From Thermoanaerobaculia bacterium (GTDB lineage Bacteria; Acidobacteriota; Thermoanaerobaculia; UBA5066), in the NCBI GenBank assembly GCA_963816185.1, contig CAWFJJ010000025.1, positions 544,001-608,000 on the forward strand: a stretch of 64,000 nt of DNA, read 5' to 3'. A model generated the notes under the pieces. That model was given only the letters and a program-made list of their open reading frames with translations, searched no databases and was not told the origin of the DNA. Shown in pieces: positions 31,349 to 41,688 of this stretch (positions are counted from its first letter, which is position 1; every line of letters begins with the position of its first letter). The position numbers and the translations under genes were made by a program.

Positions 31349-32602
31349 CTACCGCATCGCCTCCATGGGCGAGAGGCGCGAGGCGCGGATCGCGGGATAG
31401 AGGCCGAACGTGAGCGCGAGGCTGAGGGCGACGATCCACGCCGTCATGAGCCCGAAGGGGTTGACGACGAGCCCCCACGGGAACATGGGCGAGAGCGCGC
31501 GGCAGACGATCGATCCGGCGACCGTGCCGACCGAGGCTCCGAGCGCGGCGAGCACGGCGGCCTCCAGGAGGAACTGGACGAAGATCTCGTGATCGGACGC
31601 GCCGAGCGACTTGCGCAACCCGATCTCGTAGCGCCGGTCCGAGAACGAGATCAGCATGACCGAGAGGACGCCCACGCCGCCCACGAGGAGGACGGTCGCG
31701 GCAAGGGAAAGGAGGACGATCCTCCAGCCCCTCATCTCGTCGAGGAAGCGCGCGTACGAGCGGGCGGCCTCGGTATCGAGGTCCTGGATCTCCACGTCCT
31801 CGATCCCGTGGTGGGCCTGGCGAACGCGTCCCAGGAGAGCCGCGGAGATGTCGGCCAGGTCGTCCTTGTCCCGCAGCTTGACGGCGACCTGCGTGAGGGC
31901 GTGCGTCGTGTCGATGCGGTCCATGTAGGTCTCGAGGGGGATCTGGAAGCCGTTTGCGTCGTACCAGATCTCGTCGTTGAAGATCTGCATCGGAGCCTGG
32001 AGCCCCACGACGCGGAACGGGACGCCCTCGAGGACGACGTCGCGCCCGATGGGATCGGCGCCTCCGAAGAGCTTCGAGGCGAGGGTCGAGCCCACGACCG
32101 CCACCGTGCTGCGGCGCTTCTGGTCGTCCGCGGTGAGGCCCCGTCCCGAGGCGATCTGCCGGTTCATGAAGAGCGCGTAGTCGTGCGTCACGCCGGTGAC
32201 GGAGCACCGCTCCATGCCCGAAAGGGAGCGAACGGATGTGCGCTTCATGGCGCGAGGCAGGAAGGCGAGCACCTTGGGGTTCGCGAGCGTGATCCGGGCG
32301 AGGTCCTCGTACCTCAGTCCCGGCGACATCGCGAAGCGCTTCTGCTCCTCCGAGGTCTGGGCCACCTTCGGGACGATGACGGCGGTACCGTCCCAGCTCA
32401 TCCCCGAGAAGCCCGTCGCGACCTTGTCGAGGACCCCGTCCAGCACCGACGTCATGACGACGAGCGCGAAGACGCCGAGCATGAGGAGCGTGAGCGTGAG
32501 GATCGAGCGCAGCTTGTGGGCCCAGAGCTCGATCAGGCCGCCCGTGACGATCTCCCAGATCAGGGCGAGCCGGGCTCCGAGCGAGAGGGAGCCGCTACTC
32601 AT
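31349..32602 (-). CDS. MacB/FtsX-type ABC permease
   Basis: KLRSILT, VGGVGVLSVM, EIGLRKSLGA, YPAIRASRLSPMEAMR. Confidence 0.92.
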   Translation of the reverse strand: MSSGSLSLGARLALIWEIVTGGLIELWAHKLRSILTLTLLMLGVFALVVMTSVLDGVLDKVATGFSGMSWDGTAVIVPKVAQTSEEQKRFAMSPGLRYEDLARITLANPKVLAFLPRAMKRTSVRSLSGMERCSVTGVTHDYALFMNRQIASGRGLTADDQKRRSTVAVVGSTLASKLFGGADPIGRDVVLEGVPFRVVGLQAPMQIFNDEIWYDANGFQIPLETYMDRIDTTHALTQVAVKLRDKDDLADISAALLGRVRQAHHGIEDVEIQDLDTEAARSYARFLDEMRGWRIVLLSLAATVLLVGGVGVLSVMLISFSDRRYEIGLRKSLGASDHEIFVQFLLEAAVLAALGASVGTVAGSIVCRALSPMFPWGLVVNPFGLMTAWIVALSLALTFGLYPAIRASRLSPMEAMR

Positions 32603-33848
32603 ACCGAAGCGCTTCCATCGGGGAGAGGCGGCTGGCCTTCCACGCCGGATAGATCGCGAAGAGGAAGCCGAAGACGAGGGCCAGGAGGAAGGCCCAGACG
32701 AAGCTCTTCGGGTCCATGTAGAGCGGGACCTCGAGGACGCTCGTGATCACCTTCGAGAACGCGACACCGATGAAGAAGCCGACGAACCCGCCGAGGCCCG
32801 TCAGGAGCAGCGCCTCGGTCATGAACTCCTTGAAGACCTCGCGGCCCGAGGCGCCGATCGCCATCTTGACGCCCACCTCGCGCACGCGCTCCTTGAGCGT
32901 CGCGAGCTGGATGTTCACGTTCACCATCCCGCCACCGACGAGCGACAGGATGCCGGAGAGCATGAAGATCAGGTTGTAGACCTGGCCCTGGCTGCGCCTT
33001 TTCCGGACGCGCTTGGCGATGTCGTCGATCCGGAAATCCTCCTGCTGGCGGTGGCTGGACTTCAGGACCGCCGAGAGCCTTTCGCTGAACTTCTCGATGA
33101 CGTTGATATCGGGGATCTTGAAGACGACCCGATCCAGCCGGTGGTACGCGTCTCCCTGCATCCGCTCCGCGACGAGGGTCGCCGGCAGTGCGACGAGCTT
33201 GTTCCGCCAGGCGAAGATGTTTCCCTGGCTGTCGCGGAACCGGAAGACCTTCTCCTTCAGGATGCCGATCACCGTCACCGGGATGTCGCCCACGCGGACG
33301 ACCTGGTTGAGCGCCTCGCCCGTCGGGAAGAAGACGCTCACGGCCTCGTAGCCGAGCACGCACACCGGCGCGGCGGTCTCGACGTCGCGGGACGAGAAGA
33401 GCCGGCCCTTGTCCAGCGTGTACCCGTTCACGGCGAGATAGTCGGCCGCGACGCCGGTGATCTGGCGGTCCTGATCGGCGAACGGCGACCGCACGCGCGC
33501 CCGCGCGAACTTCTGAACGCTGACGCCCTGCACGGCTTTCATGTCGACCTTCTCGCCGCGCGAGGCGTCGTCCGCGCGCAGGCCGAGGTTCGCGTTCTGG
33601 AGCGCCGAGGGCTGCGTCCCGTCTTTGATGGCCTCCGACGGCTGGACGTTCAGCTTGTCGAACCCGCCGATCTTCGCGAACAGCTCGTCGGAGCGGCGCC
33701 GCTGGCTGTCCGAGATGGAGAAGCCGCCCAGGACCGACGCTACGCCGAGCATGACCCCGAGCGCCTGGAGGGTCGAGCGGCCGAAGTTCTCCCGGATCTC
33801 GACCCACGCGCTGAAGACGCGCTCGCGGAAGGCGCCGGTCGCGGCCAT
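32595..33848 (-). CDS. MacB/FtsX-type ABC permease
   Basis: ERVREVGVKMAIGA, YPAWKASRLSPMEALRYE. Confidence 0.92.
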   Translation of the reverse strand: MAATGAFRERVFSAWVEIRENFGRSTLQALGVMLGVASVLGGFSISDSQRRRSDELFAKIGGFDKLNVQPSEAIKDGTQPSALQNANLGLRADDASRGEKVDMKAVQGVSVQKFARARVRSPFADQDRQITGVAADYLAVNGYTLDKGRLFSSRDVETAAPVCVLGYEAVSVFFPTGEALNQVVRVGDIPVTVIGILKEKVFRFRDSQGNIFAWRNKLVALPATLVAERMQGDAYHRLDRVVFKIPDINVIEKFSERLSAVLKSSHRQQEDFRIDDIAKRVRKRRSQGQVYNLIFMLSGILSLVGGGMVNVNIQLATLKERVREVGVKMAIGASGREVFKEFMTEALLLTGLGGFVGFFIGVAFSKVITSVLEVPLYMDPKSFVWAFLLALVFGFLFAIYPAWKASRLSPMEALRYE

Positions 33849-33851
33849 GGC

Positions 33852-34541
33852 CTAGGCGGCGGCCGCTTCCGGCCCGAGGATCAGGCCGTCGCGCAGCTCG
33901 ACCTTGCGCTCGGCCATCGCGGCGATGTGGGGATCGTGCGTGACGAGCATGACCGCGTTGCCCTGGCGGTGCAGCTCCTTGAACAGCTCGAGAACCTCGG
34001 CCCCGGTCTTCGAATCGAGCGCGCCGGTAGGCTCGTCCGCGAGGAGGAGGGCAGGCCTGTTCGCGAGGGCCCGGGCGATGGCGACCCGCTGGCGCTGGCC
34101 GCCCGAGAGCTGCGCGGGGAGAACGTCGGCCTTCTCGGGAATTCCGACCTTCTCGAGCATCTCCATCGCGCGGCTGCGGCGCTCCTTGCGCGAGAGACCG
34201 GCATAGAGCAGCGGCAGCTCGACGTTGCGGAGGATCGAGGCCTTCGGCAGGAGGTTGTAGCTCTGGAAGACGAAGCCGACCTTCTCGTTGCGGATTCGCG
34301 CGAGCGCGCCGCCCGACAGGCCCTCGACGGACTGGCCGTCGAGCGCGTAGCGGCCCGCGGTGGGGGAGTCGAGGCAGCCCAGGATGGCCATGAGCGTCGA
34401 CTTCCCGGAGCCCGACGGCCCGATGAGGGCCACGAACTCGCCCTTCTCGACCACCATGTCGATCCCGCGCAGGGCGTGAACGGCGTTCCCGTTCGCACCG
34501 AAGACCTTCGTCAAGCCGGCTGTCTCAATGATCGTTGACAT
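33852..34541 (-). CDS. ABC transporter ATP-binding protein (LolD/MacB-like)
   Basis: GPSGSGKS, LSGGQRQR, LLADEPTGALD, VTHD. Confidence 0.95.
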   Translation of the reverse strand: MSTIIETAGLTKVFGANGNAVHALRGIDMVVEKGEFVALIGPSGSGKSTLMAILGCLDSPTAGRYALDGQSVEGLSGGALARIRNEKVGFVFQSYNLLPKASILRNVELPLLYAGLSRKERRSRAMEMLEKVGIPEKADVLPAQLSGGQRQRVAIARALANRPALLLADEPTGALDSKTGAEVLELFKELHRQGNAVMLVTHDPHIAAMAERKVELRDGLILGPEAAAA

Positions 34542-34561
34542 CGTGTTTTTGGTTGGCTGGT

Positions 34562-34666
34562 CTTTCTTAGAAAGTGAATGCGGCCTTCCGTACGCGTCGA
34601 GCTTGCCGTGTCAGGCCGCCGCGACCCGCCGCCTATTCATGTTCTAAGAAATCCCCTCTTCTCTCC
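34562..34666. repeat. Inverted pair of the TTCTTAGAA motif, intergenic
   Basis: TTCTTAGAA 34564-34572 and TTCTAAGAA 34642-34650. Confidence 0.8.
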
Positions 34667-34671
34667 GGTTC

Positions 34672-35892
34672 CTAGTTGTCGTCGTCTTTCTCTACTTTTT
34701 TCTTCGTCGGATCCTCGAGGCAGACCTGATCGTTCGCCTTGAGGCCCGTCAGGATCTCCGCCCGCTCGAGCGTCGCGACGCCCGCCTGCACCGGAACGAC
34801 ATCGAAGTAATCCTTCCAGTGGTCCGAGAGCCAGATGAACTTGGCGCGGCCGGCGAGCCCCTCGCGGGCGTCCGCGAGCTGCTTCGGCTTGAGGTTGTCC
34901 TTGAGGCGGTACACGACCGTCTTTCCCTCGCGACGCTGGAGCGCCTCGAGCGGAACGGATACGGCCTTCTCGCGCTTCTCCCCGAGGATCTCGACGTTCG
35001 CGCTCATGCCCGTGCGGTAGGCGTCGCCGAGCTCGTCGAGCGAGACCTCGACCGGGAAGACCTTGATCTTGTCCTGCAGCTTCGCCGCGGGCGCGACGAA
35101 CCGCACCTTGCCCGTGAAGTTCTTCTGCGGGTACGCGTCGAGCGTGATGCGCACGATCTGGCCGACCCTGACCTTCGCGATGTCGACCTCGTTGAGATTC
35201 ACGCGGATGAGGAGCGTCTTGAGGTCCGCCACCGTGAAGAGGACCGTCCCCGCGTTGAACGAGGAGACGCCGGACGTCACCGTCTCGCCGAGCTCGACGC
35301 CCTTCGTGATCACGACGCCCGACATCGGGCTCGTCACGCGCGCGCGCTGCGTGACCGCGTCGCCGCCGATCGGGATGCCGTGCCCCTCGACGATCTCGTA
35401 GCGCTGGCGCGCGGCCTTGAGGTTCTCGGCCGCGAGATCGCGCTTCGTGACGTAGTCCTTCAGCGTCTCGCCCCCGATGAGGCCGTCCTTGAAGAGCCGC
35501 TCTTGCGACCGGAGCTGCCGCTCGGCGTCCTTCAGGCCGACGTCGGCCTGCGTGACTCCGGCCCTCACGTCGGAGAGCGACTGCGCCTGCGTCACGTCGG
35601 GCTCGACCTCGGCGAGGAGGTCGCCGGATTTCACGATGGCGCCGTCGCGGACCTTCAGGGCCACGACCCGCCCCGAGACGGCGGACTTGACGTCGACCTT
35701 CGTCTCGGGGTCGACGACGCCGACCTCGCGCACACTCACCTGGAGATCTTCGGTCTGCACCTTCCCGACCCGGAACGGCGACTGGTCGGCTCCCTTGGCC
35801 TTGTCCTTGCCGCGCGAGGCGAAGACGGCCCCTCCGCCCGCGAGCAGGATCACGCCAGCGGACGCCAGGATCCATTTGAGTTTCTTGGACAT
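34672..35892 (-). CDS. Efflux periplasmic adaptor subunit (MacA/HlyD family)
   Basis: MSKKLKWIL membrane anchor, VKSAVSGRV, SPMSGVV, RTGMSANVEI. Confidence 0.92.
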   Translation of the reverse strand: MSKKLKWILASAGVILLAGGGAVFASRGKDKAKGADQSPFRVGKVQTEDLQVSVREVGVVDPETKVDVKSAVSGRVVALKVRDGAIVKSGDLLAEVEPDVTQAQSLSDVRAGVTQADVGLKDAERQLRSQERLFKDGLIGGETLKDYVTKRDLAAENLKAARQRYEIVEGHGIPIGGDAVTQRARVTSPMSGVVITKGVELGETVTSGVSSFNAGTVLFTVADLKTLLIRVNLNEVDIAKVRVGQIVRITLDAYPQKNFTGKVRFVAPAAKLQDKIKVFPVEVSLDELGDAYRTGMSANVEILGEKREKAVSVPLEALQRREGKTVVYRLKDNLKPKQLADAREGLAGRAKFIWLSDHWKDYFDVVPVQAGVATLERAEILTGLKANDQVCLEDPTKKKVEKDDDN

Positions 35893-35967
35893 GCAGGACC
35901 TCTCGTCGGGATATACGGATGCGAGCGGCGAAAGTTCGCGAATTTCCCAGGCACCTACAATCCCCGG

Positions 35968-36810
35968 ATGGACGAGGCGCGGATCCGGCAGCGTGTGGCC
36001 GCGGCGAGGCGGATCGTGGTCAAGGCCGGGACGAACGTGATCATGCGCGACGACGGCGCAGTCGCGCTGGGGCGCCTCTATGGGCTCATCGAATCCGTCG
36101 CGAGCCTCAAGAAACAGGGGCGGCACGTCCTGATCGTCTCGTCGGGAGCCGTGGGGCTCGGGGCGCAGCGGCTGCGGCTGGGAAGAAGGCCGGGCTCGCT
36201 CACCCTCAAGCAGGCCTGCGCCGCCATCGGGCAGAGCCGGCTCATGTCCGTGTACGAGGAGGGGTTCGAGAAGATGGGCCTCCTCACGGCGCAGGTCCTC
36301 CTCACTGAAGACGATTTCATGGACCGGACGCGCTTCCAGAACCTCTCGGCGACGCTCGAGAAGCTCTTCGAGCTCGATGCCGTGCCGATCCTCAACGAGA
36401 ACGACACGGTCTCGACGCTCGAGCTGGAAGCTCCCGACGGGACAGGCGTGCGCGGCCTCTTCGGCGACAACGACCGGCTCTCGGCGCTCGTCATGAGCAA
36501 GGTGAAGGCGGACGTCCTCGTGATCCTCTCCGACGTGGACGGCCTCTTCACGGGGAACCCGGCGCACGACCGCACGGCCACGCTCATCCCCGTGGTCCGC
36601 GAGATCACGGAAGAGATCGCGCGGCACGCCGACGGCGGAAGCGGGCGCGGCGGCATGGCCTCGAAGCTGGACGCGGCGAGGATCGCGACGGGCTCGGGCG
36701 GCGTCGCGGTCATCGCGAACGGGCGGACGCCGGGAGTCCTCGACCGGCTCTTCGCCGGGGAGGCCGTCGGCACCGTGTTCGGTCCGAAGGCCGGGGCGAG
36801 AGACCGATGA
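35968..36810 (+). CDS. proB: Glutamate 5-kinase (no PUA domain)
   Basis: VVKAGT, VSSGAV, ILNENDTV, GDNDRLSA, GGMASK. Confidence 0.95.
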   Translation: MDEARIRQRVAAARRIVVKAGTNVIMRDDGAVALGRLYGLIESVASLKKQGRHVLIVSSGAVGLGAQRLRLGRRPGSLTLKQACAAIGQSRLMSVYEEGFEKMGLLTAQVLLTEDDFMDRTRFQNLSATLEKLFELDAVPILNENDTVSTLELEAPDGTGVRGLFGDNDRLSALVMSKVKADVLVILSDVDGLFTGNPAHDRTATLIPVVREITEEIARHADGGSGRGGMASKLDAARIATGSGGVAVIANGRTPGVLDRLFAGEAVGTVFGPKAGARDR

Positions 36811-36816
36811 GGGAAG

Positions 36817-36843
36817 GACGAGGAGGATTTCTTAGAAGGGAAT
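36817..36843 (+). repeat. TTCTTAGAA motif between proB and proA
   Basis: GAGGAGGATTTCTTAGAAGGGAA. Confidence 0.75.
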
Positions 36844-38148
36844 ATGGGACCGGTTGAGATCGCGGAGCGCGCTCGAGTCGCCGCGAGGCGCCTCGCGTCA
36901 CTGTCTTCCGAGACCAAGGATCTCGTCCTTCGAAGAGTCGCCGACGGGATCGATGCGGCGCGAGACGCGATCCTCGAGGCGAACCGCGTGGACGTGCTCG
37001 AGGCCCGCACCACTTTCGAGGAAATCGCTCTCTCGCGTTCTCTCCTCGACCGCCTCGTCCTCGACGACACGAAGCTGGACGCGATGGCCGCGGGCGTCCG
37101 CGCCGTCGCCGCGCTCGCCGATCCTGTCGGGCGCGTGCTCTCGCGCACGCTGCTCGACGACGGCCTCGTTCTCGAGAAGGTGACGTGTCCTCTGGGCGTC
37201 CTCCTCGTCATCTTCGAGTCGCGTCCCGACGCGGTCGTGCAGATCGGCTCTTTGGCTTTCAAGTCGGGCAACGCGGCGATCCTCAAGGGCGGGCGGGAGT
37301 CCGCCCGGTCCACGGAGGCGCTGCTGGACGTGTTCACGAAGGTTCTCGCGGACTTCCCCGACATCCCCGAAGGCGCGCTCTCCTCCGTGGCCGGCCGGGC
37401 TGAAGTGGACGCGCTCCTCGCGCTCGACGAGTCCATCGACCTCGTGATCCCGCGGGGCGGCTACGAGCTCGTCAAGCACGTCCAGGCGCACACGCGCATC
37501 CCGGTCCTCGGCCACACGGAGGGCGTCTGCCACGTCTACGTGGATCGCGCTGCGGACGAGAGGATGGCGACGGCGATCGTCCTCGACAGCAAGCTCCAGT
37601 ACGCGGCGGCGTGCAACGCGATCGAGACGCTTCTCGTCCACCGAGAGGCCGCCAGTCGCTTTCTCGTTCCGCTGCTCGGTCGGCTCCTCGAGGCCGGCGT
37701 GGAGATCCGTGCCTGTGAGGAAACGCGAGCTCTCGCGCCGCCGCTCGTCCTCGCACCGGCCTCGGAGGAGGACTGGCGCATGGAGTACGGCGGCCCCGTA
37801 CTCGCGGTGAGGATCGTGAATTCCCTGGACGAGGCGGTCGATCACGTCAACCGTTACGGCTCGCACCACACCGAGGCCATCGTCACCTCCGACAAGACAG
37901 CCGCCGAGGCTTTCCTTTCCCGCGTGGACGCGGCGGGCGTCTTCCACAACGCCTCCACGCGCTTCGCCGACGGCTTTCGCTACGGCTTCGGGGCGGAGGT
38001 CGGAATCTCGACGAGCCGTATCCACGCCCGCGGTCCGGTCGGCCTCGACGGGCTCGTGACGTACAAATACGTCCTCAGGGGCAACGGCCAGATCGTGTCG
38101 ACGTACAGCGGGAAAGACGCCCGCCCGTTCCGGCATCAGCGGCTCTGA
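36844..38148 (+). CDS. proA: Glutamate-5-semialdehyde dehydrogenase
   Basis: IFESRP, ILKGG, ACNAIETLL, NASTRFADG, HARGPVGL. Confidence 0.96.
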   Translation: MGPVEIAERARVAARRLASLSSETKDLVLRRVADGIDAARDAILEANRVDVLEARTTFEEIALSRSLLDRLVLDDTKLDAMAAGVRAVAALADPVGRVLSRTLLDDGLVLEKVTCPLGVLLVIFESRPDAVVQIGSLAFKSGNAAILKGGRESARSTEALLDVFTKVLADFPDIPEGALSSVAGRAEVDALLALDESIDLVIPRGGYELVKHVQAHTRIPVLGHTEGVCHVYVDRAADERMATAIVLDSKLQYAAACNAIETLLVHREAASRFLVPLLGRLLEAGVEIRACEETRALAPPLVLAPASEEDWRMEYGGPVLAVRIVNSLDEAVDHVNRYGSHHTEAIVTSDKTAAEAFLSRVDAAGVFHNASTRFADGFRYGFGAEVGISTSRIHARGPVGLDGLVTYKYVLRGNGQIVSTYSGKDARPFRHQRL

Positions 38149-38174
38149 AGGAGTGATCGGGAGCAGTCACTCGT

Positions 38175-38561
38175 TTACCAGACGCGCTGGACCGCGTAGG
38201 CGTCGAAGATGGCATCGTTGGAGAGAAGGGGAAACCCCTCGACGAGCGCCTGTGCGGCGAGCATCCGGTCGAACGGGTCACGGTGCCGGAGCGGTAGGCT
38301 GCCGGCTCGCTGAGCGTGGCGGACCGTGATGTCGAGCGGCTGAAATCCCTGACTCCCGAGACACGCCGAGACGTCCGCGGCAACGTCGAGAGCTCCCGGG
38401 AGCTTTCCTGCCGCCGCTTTGATGGTGATCTCCCACGCAGAGGCGGCGCTCACGAAGACTTCCGTCTTCTCATCGGCGACCAGCCGGCGTCCCCGCGAGG
38501 AGAGGCGGCGGTCGCCGTCGAGCCACCAGAGGAACGCGTGCGTGTCGAGGAGAAGGCGCAT
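38175..38561 (-). CDS. vapC: PIN-domain toxin VapC
   Basis: LLLDTHAFLW, SAASAWEI, HRDPFDRML. Confidence 0.93.
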   Translation of the reverse strand: MRLLLDTHAFLWWLDGDRRLSSRGRRLVADEKTEVFVSAASAWEITIKAAAGKLPGALDVAADVSACLGSQGFQPLDITVRHAQRAGSLPLRHRDPFDRMLAAQALVEGFPLLSNDAIFDAYAVQRVW

Positions 38562-38564
38562 CGC

Positions 38565-38798
38565 TCAGAGGCCCCAAGCCTTCAGGTCGGTCTTGGAAAG
38601 CGGCTTGAAGAACGCGGCCGACACGCGGGCGCGGCCGCGATAAGCGCCGAAACGGCGCGCCGGTTTGCCCACCCTGACCGGCACCAGCCGGACGGCCGGG
38701 ACCCTTCCTCGGGCGATGACGACCTCTTCGCCGGCCTCGGCCTTCTCGATGAGGCGCGAAAGATGCGTCTTGGCGGTGTGAACCGTGACGGTCTTCAT
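38565..38798 (-). CDS. Phd/YefM family antitoxin
   Basis: AKTHLSRLIEKAEAGEEVVIAR; directly upstream of vapC; TTAGCTAA palindrome at 38822-38829 is a possible operator. Confidence 0.9.
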   Translation of the reverse strand: MKTVTVHTAKTHLSRLIEKAEAGEEVVIARGRVPAVRLVPVRVGKPARRFGAYRGRARVSAAFFKPLSKTDLKAWGL

Positions 38799-38876
38799 GG
38801 AACCTCCATGGACCAATCATCTTAGCTAACACATCAGAGCGGAGCAATCCGTGCGTTCTCGTTCTAACATCCCGAC

Positions 38877-40736
38877 GTGGCTCCGATCCGGGTCCTTCCC
38901 GACGCCCTCGTCGATCAGATCGCCGCGGGCGAGGTCGTGGAGCGCCCGGCGTCCGCCGTCAAGGAGCTCGTGGAGAACGCGCTCGATGCCGGCGCGCGGC
39001 GGGTCCGCGTGGACGTCGAAGGCGGGGGGATCGCGCGGATCGAGGTCGTGGACGACGGCTCCGGCATGTCTCCCACCGACGCGAACCTGGCTCTCGAACG
39101 GCATGCGACCTCCAAGATCCGCACGTTTCAGGACCTGACCTCGATCGGCACAATGGGTTTCCGCGGCGAGGCGCTGCCCTCGATCGCCTCCGTCTCGCGC
39201 CTCGTCCTCGCGACGTCGCCGGACGAGTCCGGCCTCGGGACCGAGGTCGTGGCCGAGCGGGGCGCGCCTCCGCGCGTGTCACCCGCTCCACACCCGAAGG
39301 GCACGCGCGTCGTCGTCGAGGACCTCTTCGGTAACGTCCCGGCGCGCCGCAACTTCCTGAAGAGCGCCGAGGCCGAGCTCCGCGCGGTCGTGAAGGTCGT
39401 CACGACGCTGGCGCTTTCGCGGCCGGACGTCGCCTTTGCGCTCGGGGCGGGAAGCCGGCTTCTCCTGGATCTGCCTCCGGCACCTGGAATCGCGTCGCGG
39501 TTCCGAGAAGTCCTCGGGCTCGCGGCCCCGGCACCCCCACGCGACGTGGACTTCGCATTGAACGGCATGACGCTCACGGGCGCCGTGACGCGGCCCGACA
39601 CGACGTTTCCGTCGCGGGCGCACCAATGGTTCTTCGTGAACGGCCGCGCGATCCGGGACGCGACCGTGGCGCACGCCGTCGCGCTCGCGACGCGCGAGGT
39701 GCTGCGATCGGACCGCCACGCGGGGTTCGCGCTGTTTCTCGGCTGCGCGCCGGAGCTCTGCGACGTGAACGTACACCCGCAGAAGCTGGAGGTTCGCTTC
39801 CGCGAGCCGAGCGCCGTGCACACGCTCGTCCACCGCGGCCTCGTCCACGCGCTCACGGGGGGGAAGGGCGCCGTGGCGGTCCGTGGAGATGCATTCGAAG
39901 GTGAAAGAGGAAGACGAGGAAGAGAACGAGATTTCTTAGAAAGGGATATTGGTTGGCGGGGCGTGTCTGAGGTCGGCGAGGGGTTGGCTCGCTATGGCGG
40001 CGGGGACGCGGGAGCCGGAACGCTACTCGACGCGCGAGCGGCCGGCGCGTCCCCTTCCTCATATCCGCAGAAAATCTCCTCTTCTCTTTCCCCCTCTTCT
40101 CATTCGGAAGAAATCTCCTCTTCGTCTTCTTCGCTTTCCTCTTCCCCTCTCGGCCCCATTCGCCTCCTCGGCCAGTACCGCGATTCGTTCCTCGTGGGCG
40201 AAGGCGAGGAAGGGCTCGTGCTCATCGACCAGCACGTGGCGCACGAGCGCGTGAGGTACGAGAGATTTCTCGAGAGGCTCGAGGCGTCGGAGGTCTCGTC
40301 GCAGAATCTCCTGGCGCCGGTGACGTTCGAGGCGACGCCTGACGAGGCGGCGCTCCTTTCGCGGTCGGACGACTTCCTCGCCGAAGCGGGCTTCGTCGTT
40401 TCGGAGCTCTCGGGCCGGACGTTTCTGATTTCCGCCACACCGCCTGAAATGCCGGCCTCCTCGATCCTCCCCGCGCTTCGTGACACCCTCGCGCGCCTCG
40501 CGGCGTTGCCCGAGGGAGCCGCGTCCTCGCCCGCGCTCAGGCGCGAGGTCCTCGCCGCGTCGCTTGCCTGCCGTGGCGCGATCACGGTGAACCACCGCCT
40601 CGCGCCGGCGGAGGCCGTGCGGCTTCTCGCGGACCTCGCCGCCTGCCGTGACCCGTGGACGTGTCCGCACGGGCGCCCCATCCTCCTCGCGTTTCCGCAT
40701 GAAGAGCTCGAGAGACGCTTCGGGCGGCGCGGATGA
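38877..40736 (+). CDS. mutL: DNA mismatch repair endonuclease MutL
   Basis: IAAGEVVERP, GFRGEAL, DVNVHP, DQHVAHER, ACR, CPHGRP. Confidence 0.97.
   Translation: MAPIRVLPDALVDQIAAGEVVERPASAVKELVENALDAGARRVRVDVEGGGIARIEVVDDGSGMSPTDANLALERHATSKIRTFQDLTSIGTMGFRGEALPSIASVSRLVLATSPDESGLGTEVVAERGAPPRVSPAPHPKGTRVVVEDLFGNVPARRNFLKSAEAELRAVVKVVTTLALSRPDVAFALGAGSRLLLDLPPAPGIASRFREVLGLAAPAPPRDVDFALNGMTLTGAVTRPDTTFPSRAHQWFFVNGRAIRDATVAHAVALATREVLRSDRHAGFALFLGCAPELCDVNVHPQKLEVRFREPSAVHTLVHRGLVHALTGGKGAVAVRGDAFEGERGRRGRERDFLERDIGWRGVSEVGEGLARYGGGDAGAGTLLDARAAGASPSSYPQKISSSLSPSSHSEEISSSSSSLSSSPLGPIRLLGQYRDSFLVGEGEEGLVLIDQHVAHERVRYERFLERLEASEVSSQNLLAPVTFEATPDEAALLSRSDDFLAEAGFVVSELSGRTFLISATPPEMPASSILPALRDTLARLAALPEGAASSPALRREVLAASLACRGAITVNHRLAPAEAVRLLADLAACRDPWTCPHGRPILLAFPHEELERRFGRRG
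39920..40123. repeat. TTCTTAGAA motif plus two partial reverse copies in the mutL linker
   Basis: GAGATTTCTTAGAAAGGGA at about 39928-39946; AAATCTCCTCTTC at about 40072 and 40111. Confidence 0.7.
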
Positions 40737-41653
40737 GCGACCGACACGACCTCTTCGCGCCGAAGCTCGGCCTCACGCTGCCGCTCTGCAGCTTCCACTT
40801 CATCTTCTTCTTGCTCCTCAGGATGAACCCCGAGCAGACATACGGGCTCTTCGCGTTCAATCCCCGGACCGCCCTCGAAAGGCCGTGGACGTTCGTGACG
40901 TACCAGTTCCTGGACGGAGGGCTATTCGAGCTCTTTTTCGGCACGCTGATTCTCTACATCCTCGGGTCCGCGCTCGAGGCGGAGTGGGGAACGGGCGAGT
41001 TCACCGTCTTCTGGCTCGTTTCGACGCTCGGGGCCTCCCTCGCGGCGCTCGTCACGGGAAACGCGCTCGTTTCGGGCGGCGTCGTGACGGGTGCGTCACT
41101 GCTCTTCGCGTACGCATACCTCTTCCCCGACATGCAGTTCCTGATCATGTTCGTGATCCCCGTGAAGGTGAAGTGGCTCGCGTGGCTGGGCGTGGCCTTC
41201 CTCGGATGGGATCTCGTGAAGGCGATTCTCGCGGGACGGCCGGGAGCGGGGTTCGTGTCAGTCGCCGGCGCCGGCGCGGGATTCCTCTTCTTCTGGATCC
41301 GCCACCACGGACGGTACCGCGTGAAGAAGGTGGCGCAGTCCGCGGTGGTCGCCGTGAAGTCCGCCGGTGCATTGCGTGAGGACGCGGTTCTCGAGCGCCG
41401 CAACCGCGAGCTGTTCCCGAAAGTCGAGGACCTGCGCCGGGCGACGCAGGGCGGCGGCGACCCGCCGCCGCGACAGCGCGAGTTCGCTGCGGAGCTCGGG
41501 AAGCTCGTCGTCCCCGGCGTGAACATCTGCAAGCCCATCGACTTCAAGGGCGACAAGGACGGCATCTGCGTGAAGTGCGAGGGCTTCGCCGAATGCTCGC
41601 TCCGCTACGTCGCGGGGCAGCCGACCGAGATCGTCGTCAAGACGCGAGAGTAG
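40733..41653 (+). CDS. Rhomboid-like membrane protein with C-terminal Cys-rich domain
   Basis: PWTFVTYQF, GSALEAEWG, IPVKVKWL; C-terminal CKP...CVKC...EC. Confidence 0.78.
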   Translation: MSDRHDLFAPKLGLTLPLCSFHFIFFLLLRMNPEQTYGLFAFNPRTALERPWTFVTYQFLDGGLFELFFGTLILYILGSALEAEWGTGEFTVFWLVSTLGASLAALVTGNALVSGGVVTGASLLFAYAYLFPDMQFLIMFVIPVKVKWLAWLGVAFLGWDLVKAILAGRPGAGFVSVAGAGAGFLFFWIRHHGRYRVKKVAQSAVVAVKSAGALREDAVLERRNRELFPKVEDLRRATQGGGDPPPRQREFAAELGKLVVPGVNICKPIDFKGDKDGICVKCEGFAECSLRYVAGQPTEIVVKTRE

Positions 41654-41688
41654 GGCGGGATAGAATCCCGCCCCAAAGGCGCCACGTC

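Noticed and set aside
29408-39946. TTTCTTAGAAA as a canonical parS
   Set aside because: It does not match TGTTTCACGTGAAACA in length or centre; kept as an unassigned motif.
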